Positions 39,126-52,335 of a stretch of 64,000 nucleotides of DNA are shown in pieces. Position 1 is the stretch's first letter. Each line of letters begins with the position of its first letter. Where the stretch lies: NCBI RefSeq assembly GCF_009914755.1, contig NC_060925.1. The stretch is one strand, 5' to 3'. The DNA is from the human T2T-CHM13v2.0 reference genome, Homo sapiens. Below the pieces are notes generated by a model that was given only the letters and a program-made list of their open reading frames with translations, ran no database searches and had not been told where the DNA came from. A program made the position numbers and the translations under genes.

Positions 39126-41305
39126 GGATCACTGGTAAGAGAAAATGAGTTTCTAGCTTAGTGCCAAACTATTGCCTAACCTGTCTGTCTTCCTCATTAG
39201 ACTGAGAGCCTCTTGAGGTCAGGGGACCAATTCCCCCGATTTTGTATCCACAATGTAGGTAATGTCTGAGAAGTTAATAAATGAATGAACAAATGGTTTA
39301 GATGCTCAATTAGATACTGGCAGAATTCAAATCTGGAATCAGTTAATTTGGTGCCATTCAAGAAAAACATTCAATTTCAGTCACTTGGTAGATGTTAATC
39401 AAATATCTGCTGTATGCCAGTCACTGAGCTAATCAATAAATAACTTTGGGCACCTAGCAATTTTGCTTTTGGGAATAGATCATAAGAAAATATTTGGATA
39501 ATTGTATAAAAATGGAAGAATAAAGCTGTTCATCACAACATTATTTCATTTTTTTTAAACGTAAAAGTTCATTCATCTAACAAATATTGCTGAGGGCCTG
39601 CTACATACCAAGCATTGTTCTAGACATTCCCATTGAACAAGACAAACAAGGTCCCTGCCCCCATCAACTCACAATCTTGTGGGGAAGATAGAGAAAACCC
39701 AAATGGTTATATAATGTCAGGTAGCAATGAGACCTGTGAAGTAAAAGGGAGCATTTTCGGGTAAGGAAATGAACTGTGAAAGGAATTAATTTTTGGATTG
39801 GGGCTCAGTAAAAGTCTCTCTGAGGAGAGGCCATTTGAGTCATTCTTAATGACATGAGGGAGTGAACCATATGAACATCTGGGAAGATTAGTGTAGAGGG
39901 CAGAAGTATAGTCTATAAGCTTGTTTTCTTTGTGACCTTGGGCAAGTCACCTCAGCTCTCTGGCCCTCTGGGCTGGAAGAACTAAGTCCCTCTCCTCCAT
40001 CCTTCCAGCTATGATCCAGGCGCTCCTCCCTCCTACTGGGGCCCAGAACAAGGTTCCATATCTGAGAGAGCCTCTTGTTACCAAAATATTTTGCAAAATC
40101 CCAAGTGCTACAGAGATGTAAGTCAGATGCAAGTTAATCCTACCTCTCTGCTGAAGCCAAGTTCGACTATTACTTCCTTTCTGAAGCCTTGCCTTACTTT
40201 GTCGGGAAGGATGTCTCTGGGCTCCCTTTATACTTTTTATGCACCTCTGCTGTAACATTTAGTTTTTTGCAGCATATGATTTTTTAACTTCTTGAAGCAA
40301 GGACAATGTATCCTTTGTTTCTGAATCATAGCCACTAACTCAGTGCTTGGCACATGGTAGTACTTAATATGGGATAGCTGAATTAACTTGAAAGGGCATT
40401 TGTGGATTGAGCAAGATTTTGACATGAGTTGGGTGAGGTTTTTAGTTACATTGAAATCTATTCTCTCATACATAATCGGTACACAATAAAAACTCACTGA
40501 ATGAATAAACACATGTTGTGAAAAGCAGTTTCTTTTTGCTGAGTGAGGATTACCTCATCTCTGCAAGGAAATCCATGTTTTGACAGTAATCAGACCTGGC
40601 AATACAGGGATATAGAGTGGGGACAAGTGGAGGGATGTGAGAAAGATTCACCTTCATTACAGATCTACTTTAGCAGGCAATGTGTTAGGTAGAACACTGA
40701 ATCATTATCCCAGTTGATCCTCAGAACAACCCTGAGGGTACTTTTTAATTATCCCCATTTTATAAGTGAAGAAAAATGAGTCAGAGAGATTAAGGCATTA
40801 CTTTCATACACAAAGTAGAAGGGGTGCAGTAGGATCAAGAAGTCAGGAGTGTCTGGCATAATGTCCTTGCTCCCCAGAGCCCTTGGCACTGAAGGTGGTT
40901 GGGGAAACACTGGAAAATGCTTGGGGTTTCCTCTCCTGGAGCTGCATCCGCTCACTGGCACTTACATAAGGAGATGGTTGCTGTTTTTAGAAGGTACTCA
41001 TAGACTCATAGTCACACAAATAAACATCCTAATACTTTAGCGAGTTGATGGACCTGCCGTGTGAATTCTGCACAGCTCAGACTCCATCTCAGGGGAGAAC
41101 ATGGCTTTCTAAGGTAATCATGTTTTCTCTGCTCTAATGGCATCAATAACCTTTCCCTCTTATTGTTGCCACAAAGTTTTTCAAGGTACTCGCTAGGTTG
41201 TGAGTACCTTGAGGTTCAGGGCTTGGAATTCTTGCCCCTCTTGTGGGTAGCTCAGAGCCTGGCACAAAGAGGACCTCAAATTATTGCAAATAAAAGGAAA
41301 GAGAC

Positions 41306-41822
41306 TGTGATGGTTAATTTTATGTGTCAACTTGACTGGATCACGGAGTGCCCAGATATTTGCTTGAATGTTATTTCTGGGCATGCCTATGTGGGTGTTT
41401 CTGGATGAGATTAATATTCAATTAATAGACTAAGTAAAGTAGATTGTCCTCTCTGGTGTGGGTGAGCCTCATTCAATCTGTTAAGAGCCTGGATAGAATA
41501 AAAAGGCAGAGAAAGGGAAAATTTGCTCTCTTCCTGAGTGCCTAAGCTTACACATCTTCTCCTGTCCTCAGACTCTGACTTATACCATTGGCTGTCCTGG
41601 TTCTCAGACCTTTGGACTTGGATAAGAATTTACACCATCAGTTCTGGTTCTCAGGCCTTCAGACTCAAACTGGAGCTACATCACCAGCTCTCCTGGGTCT
41701 CTAATTTGCCAGTTGCAGATGATGAGACCTCTCTGCCTCCCTAATCATGTGAGCCAATTACTTACAATACAGATCTAGGTCTCCTATTGGTTCTGTTTAT
41801 CTACAGAACCCTAAGTAGTGCA
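41306..41822 (+). mobile_element. ERVL LTR MLT2C/D-like
   Basis: tgtgatggttaattttatgtgtcaacttgactgg...ctcctattggttctgtt...agaaccctaagtagtgca. Confidence 0.9.
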
Positions 41823-43110
41823 GTTTAGTGCTGAGAAGTGGGATGCTGCTGCTAGAAATGCTGAAACACATAGCATGGCTTTGGAACTGGGTAGTGTGCA
41901 GAGGCTGGAAGAGTTTTGAGGTGCAAGTTAGACATATGAACATTAAAAGCACATCTGTTGATGTCTCAGATGGAAATGAGAAACATGTTATTAGATACTA
42001 GAGGGAAGGCAATCCTTTTGCAATCTGTTATTAAGTGACAAAGAACTTGGCTGAACTGTGTTCTAGTGTTTTGTGAAAGGTAGAACTTGCAAACAATGAA
42101 ATTGGATATTTAGCTGAAGGGATTTCTAAGCAATGTGTAAAAGAACTAGCTTGGTTCCTCCTGGCTGCTTATAATAAAATGTGAGAAGAGAGATGAATTG
42201 AAAGGGTGAATTGTTAAGCAAAAAGCAAGCTGAATGTAAAGATTTGGAAAATTCTCAATTTATCCATATTGCAGAAAGTGAGAACATATGTTTAGAAGAG
42301 AACACCAAGGAGGTGGCCACACTATCATTTGATAAACAGATCATTGGTCCATTGGTATAACTCATGAACTTAATCAGCCATCTCAACAGAAGCCATGAAT
42401 AAATGAGATTATACCAGGGGAAACACTGCCAGCTAGAAGTAAAGGAGACTCAGAAATCAGGACAGAATGAAGCATGGTTGTTGGGCTTCTTGTATTTTAC
42501 AAGATAAAAACATAGAGCTATTTAGCTATAAATGTGCCCTGTTCCTCAAAAAAGGGGAAGATTGACACCAAAAGTAATTCAGAGATTATCAGGACTGCCA
42601 CTTCCACCACAGGCCCAGGGGACAGGGCTAGTTCCTTTTCCATTTCAAAGGGTGGGGTTCCCACTCTGGTGTTGACAGATCAGAATGCCCCTGCCCAGTA
42701 CCTTAGGGGCAGAGCATTGAATCAAAGAGGGTTATTTGCAAGCCATAATATCTAATGGAGTTCTCCCTGGTATGTTTTGGACTTGCTCAGAATCCATCAC
42801 CTCTTTCTTCCTTCCGATTTCTCCCTTTTTGGAATAGGAATGTCAATTCTATGACTACCCTAGCACTGTATTCTGGAAGCACATAACATATGTCTGGTTT
42901 CATAGCTTCATAGATGGAGATGAATTTTGCCTAAGGATAAATTGTATTTTGAGTCTCACCCATATCTGATTTAGATGATATTTAAGTGAGACTTTGAACA
43001 TTAGATATTAGAGTTGATGCTGGAATGAGTTAAGACTCTGGGGCTGATGGGAGGAATTAATGTATTTTGCATGAGAGAACGATGTGAATATTGGGGGGCC
43101 AGGGGCGGAA
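41823..43110 (+). mobile_element. MaLR internal sequence (MLT1A-int-like)
   Basis: ggctttggaactgggta...agaggctggaagagttttgagg...aagaacttggctgaactgtgttcta; purine-rich tract ggggggccaggggcggaa before the LTR. Confidence 0.88.
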
Positions 43111-43470
43111 TATTGTGGTCTGAATGTTTGTGTCCTCCTAAAATTCATATTTTGAAGCCCTAACTTTCAATATGATAGTATGTGGAGGTAAGGCCTTTGG
43201 GAGGTCTTTAGGTTTACATGAGGCTATGAGAGTTGGGCCCTCATGATGGGATTAATGTCTTTATAAGAAGAGAAAGGGAGACCAGAAATCTTTTTCTCTT
43301 TCTACTGAGGACACAGCAAGAAGGAGGCTGTCTGCAAGCCAGAAAGAGAGCCCTCACCAAGGCACCTTGATCTTGGACTTTCCAGCCTCCAGAACTGTGA
43401 GAAATAAATGTTTGTTGTTTAAGCCACTAAGTCTATGGCATTTTGTTATAACAGGTTGAGCAGACAGGCA
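43111..43470 (+). mobile_element. MaLR LTR MLT1A/A0-like
   Basis: ggtctgaatgtttgtgtcctcc...ggcaccttgatcttggactttccagcctccagaactgtgagaaataaa. Confidence 0.92.
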
Positions 43471-43979
43471 AAGAGTTAGGAAACTTCTCATTTCCAAGAG
43501 GAGTTTGAGTTGAGAATAAAATTCTGTTGACCTTTGTCATCATTGAACCATACCTTCACAAAGCCCCAGATTCCTAACTTGGTGAAAGTTGTTGCATGTT
43601 CAGCATCTGGAGAGACCATTCTTTCTTCAGAACCAGGGTGCTGGTGGCGGCTGGCTTTCTTTACCAGCCTTGTGATTTGTTCTTATAATTAGGCTTTGCA
43701 GTGATTGAGGTTTCAAACAAATGCCTTATCCTAATAAAAAATAGCTGTCTATCATAGACCCCAGGGTTCCTCTGTGAATGGTGAGTTATAAATGTGTTAA
43801 ATACTCAAATGCTCTGGATTTAAACTGGGCTTCTCAGAAACAAAGGTCTCTAAGCACTATTTTATGCTACTAAATGGACTTATGGGTTTGGCCCTACTCA
43901 GTGAGGTTTGAGATGAGGGAGTCAGTCTACCCTGCCAAAATTATCTCTTAGAACCCCTATCAGGGGCAGAATGTTTATG

Positions 43980-44870
43980 TTTATCTATTTATTCAACAGA
44001 TTAAACACCTTTTAAGTGACTAAGATTATGTCAGATGCTGGGATCTAATGATGAGCAAAAACAGACATGAACTCTGTCCTCCTGGAACTTATAGGCTAGT
44101 GGGAGAGACAGATGTTCCTTAAATAATCACACAAATATGGGTATAATTACACTCTGAGATGAGTGCTATGAAAGAAAGAACAGTGTTCTATGAGTGCATA
44201 TAGCAAAGGGGTCTGACCAAGATTATGGGTTCAAGGAAGGTTTCCCTGAGGAAGTAAGTTTGAGTTGAGATACAAATGATGTGTAGGTAGTACTAGAGTG
44301 AAGAAAGCAAGAATGTTACAGTAAAATGGAAGCATTCAGGGGTAGTTCAGGGGTCTATAATCTTAATAAGCCTCTGCCAATTCTAAATATACAATCAAAA
44401 ATAATCTAACTAAAAACAATTTGCTTTCTCTATAGAAATGCAACTTCAAGACCCTAGAACTCTCTAATCAGAATGCTGCTTTTAAGTTCTTCCAATAAGG
44501 AAATTTGAGAGACAACACTGATCCCAGCAGAGGGAATATCATGTCCAAAAACCTGTAATCACAGAAACCATGTAAATCACAGAAATTGGAAGAAGCCAGT
44601 ATGGAATGAATACTGGGGCAGAGGAGGAATATGAGATAAGGCTGGTGTGATTACCCTGAAAATCTTGGAAAGTCACTGAAAGGTTTTAAGCCAGTGGAGA
44701 TGGAAAAAGTGGGTACAGAAATGACCACATGTACTGTTTGACGAGTGGTTCCAGGGACACCAGTTAGAGGACTATTGCAGTAGTTCAGATGAAAGAGAAT
44801 GACATTTTGGAGCAGGGTGGTGGCAGTGGAGATGGAAAAAAGTGAATGCATTGAGATCTTTAGGTGAAGC
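43980..44870 (-). mobile_element. L2 fragments
   Basis: atttattcaaca...ctagtgggagagacaga...ccctgaggaagt; ggtggtggcagtggagatgga. Confidence 0.75.
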
Positions 44871-45644
44871 ACCAGAAGGAGTAGAGGCAGAGGACAGGCA
44901 ACCCAGATATGTCTTGGTTCTGTTACAAATTGCTCTATAACCTTGCACAAATCCCTTTCTGGGGCCTCAGCATCCCTCTCACCCACCAGGGAGGCTACTA
45001 AGTTTCCTCAAAAAAAAAAAAAAAAAAAAAGTAGGAATCTGCAAACCATAGGATTAGGTAATCCTTCAAAGGTCTTCCAGTGCTGACATTCTGTGGTTCA
45101 ATAATTTTGTGATCTTAAAGCTTTTCTTCTTTATACTCCAAATGCCTAAGACTATCCTTCCTAAAAACATACTTGCGGGAATGATACTCATGCCAGTAGC
45201 TTGATGATAAATAGTTGTGACACCTTGAATCAGGGCTATGAAGCAAACATTGCCAGGTGTCTACTGCACAAAAGAAAAAAAAGGATCTTTGGTTGGAAGT
45301 TTCCCTAGGGATCAAAAAAACCCCACAAGAAAACCAATAACAAAAAATCAGTGTCAGATGGGAAAATGCCTTGGATGATGATAATGATGATGATACGTAT
45401 AATAATTTCTTAACTTCGTTTGGTGTCTTAACGTGCCTTGTCTCATCTGACAAAACAACCTTGTGAGATATGCCAGTTCATAGAAATGAGTAGAATGAGC
45501 CCAGGAGATAAGGAAATAAATGTCAGTGTTTAAATAGACTTAGATTCATTTATTAAACAAATATTTACAGAACTTCTTTTATGTGCTGGTTGTAGAGGCT
45601 GGGCTAAATGTAATAGACAAAGTCTTTATTCTCATGAGGGTTAA

Positions 45645-45812
45645 AAGATAATAAAATATAAAATAATAAAAAGATAATATATACAATATTATATGTAAAT
45701 AAATAACATCATATATTATATATAGTAATATTATATAACATAAGTAATATGATAATATATAATTATTAATTATATAATAGTAAGATATATAGAGACATAA
45801 AATAATTATTGT
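45645..45812. repeat. AT-rich low-complexity tract
   Basis: ataataaaatataaaataat...tatataatag inside an L2. Confidence 0.8.
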
Positions 45813-46015
45813 TTCTAGTAAGTTCTATGAAGGAAAATCAATAGGATAGTGAGTTGGCAAGTAAAATGAGGAAAGCGATTTTCAATAGAATAGTCAGAAA
45901 ATATTTTTGGTGAGATGGCATTACAGATAAAAAGAACAATAACTGTAGAGGCTAGTTACGGGTTTGACTTGTCTGAGTAACAAAATGGAGACCACTGTGA
46001 TTGCAGCACAGTGAG

Positions 46016-46377
46016 TGTGATGGTTAATACTGAGTGTCAACTTGATTGGATTGAAGGATGCAAAGTATTGATTCTGGGTGTGTCCAAAGGAGATTAACAT
46101 TTGAGTCAGTGGGCTGGGAAAGGCAGACCCATCCTTAATCTGGATGGGCACCATCTAATCAGGTGCCAGTGCAGCTAGGATATAAAGCAGGCAGAAAAAC
46201 AGGAAGATCACTTAGCCTCCCAGCCTACATCTTTCTCCCATGCTGGATGCTTCCTGCCCTTGAACAATGAACTCCAAGTTCTTCAGCTTCGGGACTGGGA
46301 CTGGCTTCCTTGCTGTTCAGCTTGCAGATGGCCTATTGTGGGGCCTTGTGATTGTGTGAGTTAATATTACTTAATGA

Positions 46378-46408
<31 letters not shown>

Positions 46409-46422
46409 CACGCACACACACA

Positions 46423-46458
<36 letters not shown>

Positions 46459-46496
46459 TGTTAGTTCTGTCTCTCTAGAGAACCCTGACTAATACA
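46016..46496 (+). mobile_element. HERV-L solo LTR MLT2A1/A2
   Basis: tgtgatggttaatactgagtgtcaacttgattggattg...gagaaccctgactaataca; perfect 5-bp TSD gtgag at 46011-46015 and 46497-46501. Confidence 0.96.
46378..46456. repeat. Compound (CA)n(TA)n microsatellite
   Basis: Located within the 3' part of MLT2A. Confidence 0.95.
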
Positions 46497-46824
46497 GTGA
46501 GTGTGATAGAGAGAGTGGTATGAGGGGCATGGGGAGAGATACAAGAACTCAAGCCAAAAGAGCTCTGTAGAACATAGGAAGGATTTTGGATTTTATTTTA
46601 AGTGAAGGGAAGCCATTAAAGGGTTTTAATCAGGAAGATTATACTACTTGATTCTGGTTCTTTTTAGAACCATATGACTCTGGCTGTTGTGAGGATAAAG
46701 TACCAAAGAGTGGCAAGAATTAAAACTGGCAGACCAAGTAGGCAGCTATTACAGTAGTCCAGGCAAGAGGGGGATTGGTAGCATAGAAGAGAAACATGGC
46801 ACTGCAGATGAAAAGCAATGAATA

Positions 46825-48305
46825 ACTACCCAAAGCAATCTACAGATCAGTGCAATCCCTATAAAAATACCAATGAAATTCAACACAGAAATAGAAAAAA
46901 GCAATCCTAAAATTTTTCTGGAACCACAAAAGACCCAGAATAGCTAATAAGTTCCTGAGCAAAAGCACAAAGCTGGAGGCATCACATTACCTGACATCAA
47001 AGTATACTATAAAGCTGTATTAACCCAAACAGCATGATACTAGCATAAAAACAGACATATAGACCAGTAGAACAGAATAGAAAACCCAGAAATAAATCCA
47101 CGTATTTAATTAACTCATTTTTGACAAAGGCATCAAGAACAAACATTGGAGAAAGGAAAAGCTCTTTAGTAAATGTGCTGGGAAAGCTGGGTATCCATAT
47201 GCAGGAGAATAAAACTAGACCCCTATCTCTCACCATATATAAAAATCAAATAAAAATAGGTTAAAGATGTAAATGTATTACCTGCAACCATGAAACTACT
47301 AGAAGAAAACGTTGGGAAAATGCTTTAGGACATTGGTCTAGGCAAAGATTTCTTGAGTAAGACATCAAAAGTACAGACAATCAAAGCAAAAATCGACAAA
47401 TGGGATTACATGAAGCTAAAAAGCTTTTATACACCAAAGGAAACAATCAACAAAGTGAAGAGACAAACTACAGAGTGGGGGAAAATATTTGCAAACAATT
47501 CAATTTACAAAGGATTAATAACCAGAATATATAAGGAACTCAACTCAATAGCAAGAAAACAATCTGATTTAAAAATGGGCAAAAGATCTGAATAGCAATT
47601 TCTGAAAAGAAGACATACAAATGGCCAACAGGTATAAAATGCTCAACATCACTAATTATCAGGGAAATGCAAATCAAAGCCACAATGAGGTATTATCTCA
47701 CCCCAGTTAAACTGGCTATTATCAAAATAAAAAAGAAAATACAAATGCTGGTGATGACACAGAGAAAGGGGAATGATCATACACTGTTGATGGGAATGTA
47801 AATTAGTATAGCTACTATGGAAAACAGTAAGGAGGTTCTTCAAGAAACTACAATTAGAAATAACATACGATCCAGCAATTCCAATGCTGGATATCCATCG
47901 AAAAGAAAGGAAATCAGCATATTGAAGAGATAACTGCACTCCCATCTTATTGCAGCACTATTCATAACAGCCAAGATACTGGACTCAATCTAAGCAACCA
48001 TTAAAGAACGGATGGATAAAGAAAATGTGGTGTGTGTGCATATACATAAATGTGTGTGTATATATACACACATATATGTGAAATTGAATGTCTTTATGTC
48101 TTTTTGACATAAAGAAGAATGAAATCCTGTCATTTGCAACAACTAGATGGAACTGGAGGACATTAGGTTAAGTGAAATAAGCCAAGTACAGAAAGACAAA
48201 TGTCACATGTTCTTACTTGTATGTGAGAGCTAAAAACATTGATGTCCTGGAGGTAGTAAATAAAATGGTGGTTACCAGAGGCTGGAAAGGTTAGTGGAGA
48301 GGGGA
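46825..48305 (+). mobile_element. L1MA fragment, truncated at both ends
   Basis: ORF2 remnant ([15 protein letters not shown]...EWGKIFAN) running into a 3' UTR that stops at ccagaggctggaaaggttagtgg. Confidence 0.9.
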
Positions 48306-49234
48306 GACAGAGAGTATAAGGTACATTTTAGAAGCAGAATACACAGGAGTTGGTGATGAATTAGGAGGCTGGTTGAAGGAAATTTTTTTTAACTTCTTCA
48401 ACTTTGCATACGGGCAAATTGAAGCCCAGGAAAAATAAGAAATGGGAAATAACTGAAACAAAACCTCAATCCAAGACTTCTGGCCCCACATACAGTGCTC
48501 GTCCTGGTTCACCATACATCTCTGCTCTTGGTGTCAGCCCAGTGTGTGGTGGACAGAGGGTGCTCACTTAATTGCGTGTGTATCAACTGCGGCCAAATTT
48601 CTGTATGCAAGGGAGGCTTCTATGTCTTTTTATATAAGAAGTCCTGTAACTTGCTTCATTCCTCACTTGACAATTGCTCTCTGGTCCCAGCCTTGGTGGG
48701 TCAGGAAAGGAAGATGGCTTTCACTCCTGCTGAGGGTATATAGCTGCTCTTTGCCGATTTAGGAGAGAGAAGTGGAAAGATGATGAGTGTGTTTTATAGA
48801 GGAAGAAATGAGTCTGATGTTAAGTCTAACTCTTCCACACGTTCACGCTACCTTCAGTCTCTTAATTTTCATGTTTTCACTGGGATATTTGGGAACCATG
48901 GCCAATTAAAGCCCACTTCTCCTGGCTTAAATCTCTTTTACTCTATGCCCTATTCATACAGAATACCTCTGTGTATAAGACTCCCAAGGCAGAGATACCT
49001 CTGTGTGCCCGGTGCCTGACACAGAAGCTGGCATACAGTATACAATGCGTACCTGCTTATTGAGAAAAACGAGGCAGTTAAATTCTCCTGGCCTCAGTTT
49101 TCTCAACTTTTAAAATGGAATAATTAATAGTCATCTCACAAGGTTGTAAAGTTTAAATGACTTAACATGCATGTAAGATACCTAACAGTGTAGGAGCTTA
49201 AAATGAATTTATGTATTATTATACATGAAAAGCT

Positions 49235-50002
49235 TTCACTTGTTCAATATCATTAGACATTAGGGAAATGAGAATTAAAAACACAAGCTATCACTACAGA
49301 CCAATTAGACTGGTGAGAATAAAATAAAAAAGACTGACAATTCCAAGTGCTAGCAAGGATGCAGAGTAACCAGAAATCTCAAATATTGCTGCTAGGAATG
49401 AAAATTGGTACAGCTTCTTAAAAGGTTAAACAAAGTTGTTATATGACCCAGCAATCTCACTGCTAGGTATTTACCATAGAGAAATGAAAAAACTTATGTT
49501 CACACAAAAACCTGTAAAAGAATGTTCACAGAAGCTTTTATTCATAATCGCCAAAACTGCAAACAATTCAGATGGCCTTCAGTGATGAATGGGTTAACAA
49601 ACTGTGGCACATCTATACAATTGAATAATACAAGTCTAAGGAATTGTAAGCAATGAAAAGGCATGAACTATTGATACACACAATTTGGATGAATCTCAGA
49701 AGCATTAAGCTAAGTGAAAGCAGCTATTCTCAAAAGCTACATTGTATATGATTCCATGTTTATGACACTCTTAAAAAGACAAAATTCTAGTGATAGAGAA
49801 CAGATCAGTGTTTGCTAGGGGTTAGGAGGAAGGGTGTGACTACCAGAGGTAGCACAAGGGAGTCTTCTAGGGTGATGGCACTGTTCTGTATCCTGGTTGT
49901 GGTGGCAGTTACTCAAATATATACCTGTGTTAAAATTCATAAAGCTGTATATTTAAAAAGTCAATTTAACGGTGTGTTAATAAAAAATGACATAAAATAA
50001 AC
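49235..50002 (+). mobile_element. Old L1M (L1MD/L1ME-like) 3' end
   Basis: tatgacccagcaatctcactgctaggtatttacc...gagaacagatcagtgtttgctagggg...agtcaattt. Confidence 0.82.
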
Positions 50003-51320
50003 AGCTTTCCCATATTGGCATTACTACCTAGTACTTGAGGCCTCCAAATTTTCTAAGGTGTCTTTGTAATCTAAGGGTAGAGTCTTGGTTATTCAAACTA
50101 TCTCTTACTACAAAACCCCCCCCCCAAAAAAAAAGAAGAGAGAGAAGGAGCAGGTTGTAGACAGTGTGGAAGTATATGGGAGTCTGGTTTATCTAGAAGT
50201 TTCTAAAGCCAGAGCAGCGATTTCATTTCAATTTAATCCTGAACTTTCAAAGAGGAAACAGCTCCCCGCCCTCCAACCCCCCACCTTATTTTAAAGCTTT
50301 GCTAGTAAAACTGTCCTTGCACTGAACCAGCAATAAATCTACAGAACACTATGGTAATACCCAAGGAGAAGGCAAAAAGGGGCCTCCATAAACCATGAGA
50401 TTTGAACTACTACAGATGTTGCAGTGAGAATTTATGGTTTTCGATGGATCCTTATCTCTTCTTGCCAGTTTCTGCACATTGAATCATGCACTAGCAGAGT
50501 CTATTTTAAGAGTCATAATTTTTTTCTTTAAATATTAAAAAAATCTGTGGCAATTAATTTCTTCCATACTGTTCCATCATGACAAATAAATGTGAAATGC
50601 ATATTTACAGAGCACATGTAATTGCTTTTGGGCACATGCAAATGACATGCAAATCTTACGTTCTAAATGAGTTTGTTTATCATTCCTGAATTCTAATCCA
50701 AAGACCTTACTTTTTAAATTCAGTTTACATTCTGACATGTATACAAATGAGTTTGACTCTGGAAAATAACTTAATAAACTCAGGGTTAGCTATGCAATTA
50801 GAGGAGGCATCTGGGAGCTATAAAATCTGGGAAGCAACATTTACATCTTTTTCTGCATTCAAGGTTTCAATTTCCTTGCTCAATCCCTCCCCATCAGCCT
50901 GCACTTTCCTCACCCTACCACCCCATTTCCCATCATTCCAGCAATCTCATCTTTTGAAATGGCTTCCTTTCCTTTTTCTTTTTTTTTCTAGGAGAGGTGG
51001 ATGAGTGTATTTCACTGAAGATGATCTCACCAAGTCATTGTCCTCTGTGTAGCATTTTCAAAAACTAAGATCAGAGCGATAAATGAAATGAAAACTAACA
51101 GAATTAACATTGATCAGGACTTTCCATTTGAGTTTCTTATGATTATGGCTGCCCCAGTTCTCCTGTGGATGCTCAAGTCTTCCCATGGATTATTGACCCT
51201 CTAAAGAAAGCTATGAGCAGTCACAAATCTGATTTGTCAAAGGACATAAGAGAGAGAAGAGAAAATGGGATCATATTCCCTTTCACAGGGAAGAAAAGAG
51301 AACCATAAAGCAAAGTGGAA

Positions 51321-51880
51321 TGGTGGTTCCTCAGAAAATTAAAACGAACTGCTGTATGATCCGGCAATCCTACTTCTGACTATTTAGTCAAAAAGACTGA
51401 AAGCAAGGTCTAAAAGAGATATTTTGCACATCCAGGTTCTTAGCAGCATTCTTTACAATAATCAAGGGTAGAAACAACATAAATTTCCATCGAGGGATGA
51501 ATAGATAAGCAAAATTTGGTGTACAGATATAATGAAATATTATTCAGCTTTAAAAAGGAAGAAAATCTCGTTGCATGCTACAACATCAATGAACCATGAG
51601 GGCATTATGCTAAGTGAAATAAGCTAGCCACAAAAAAGAAAATATGGTATGAATTCCACTCACATGAGATATTTACAGTAGTCAAATTCATAGACACAGA
51701 AAGTAGAATGGTGGTTACCAGGAGCTGGGGGAAGGGGAAAAAGGGGAGCTGTTGTTTAATGAGTGTATGTAGAATTTCGATTTTGCAAGGTGAAAAATTC
51801 TGACGATCTGTTTAGTAGTGTTAAGTAATTTTACTTAACTCTACTGAGCTGTACACCTAAAAATGGTTAAAATGGTAAAA
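51321..51880 (+). mobile_element. L1MA9/L1MB-like 3' fragment
   Basis: ggttcctcagaaaattaaa...acagaaagtagaatggtggttaccagg...gtacacctaaaaatggttaa. Confidence 0.85.
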
Positions 51881-52162
51881 CAATAGCAACAAACATTGTC
51901 CAGGGCAGGGGTACCTTATAAAAAAAATTTATATGTGTAATAAAATTGCCTTATTTTGGAACAACAATGATTGATTTAGGGTTATTGAACTATGTGTGAC
52001 TTACGATTTCTGAAATTTTCATAATGAGGTGATATTTTGCCTAGAGCTTATATAAATTTCTAAGGATCATGTTTTAATATAAAATATTTTGTTAAAATGG
52101 AGGTTTTAAAATTAAGTTCAAAAGATCTTTTTGTTTTTAATAGAAATCAGCTTTAAATGATC

Positions 52163-52335
52163 ATAGCAAAATCTGGCCCATGACCACCTGTTTTTGTATG
52201 GCCCATAAGCTAAAATGGTTTTCATATTTTCGAATAGTTAAACCATAATCAAAAGAAGAATATCTTATGACATATACAATTATATAATATTCAAATTTCA
52301 GTGTTTATAATGAAATTTTATTGCAACATACACAC
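52163..52335 (+). mobile_element. MER33-like hAT-Charlie DNA transposon fragment
   Basis: aaatctggccc...cctgtttttgtatggcccataagctaaaatggtttt...aatcaaaagaagaata...attcaaatttcagtgt. Confidence 0.8.
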
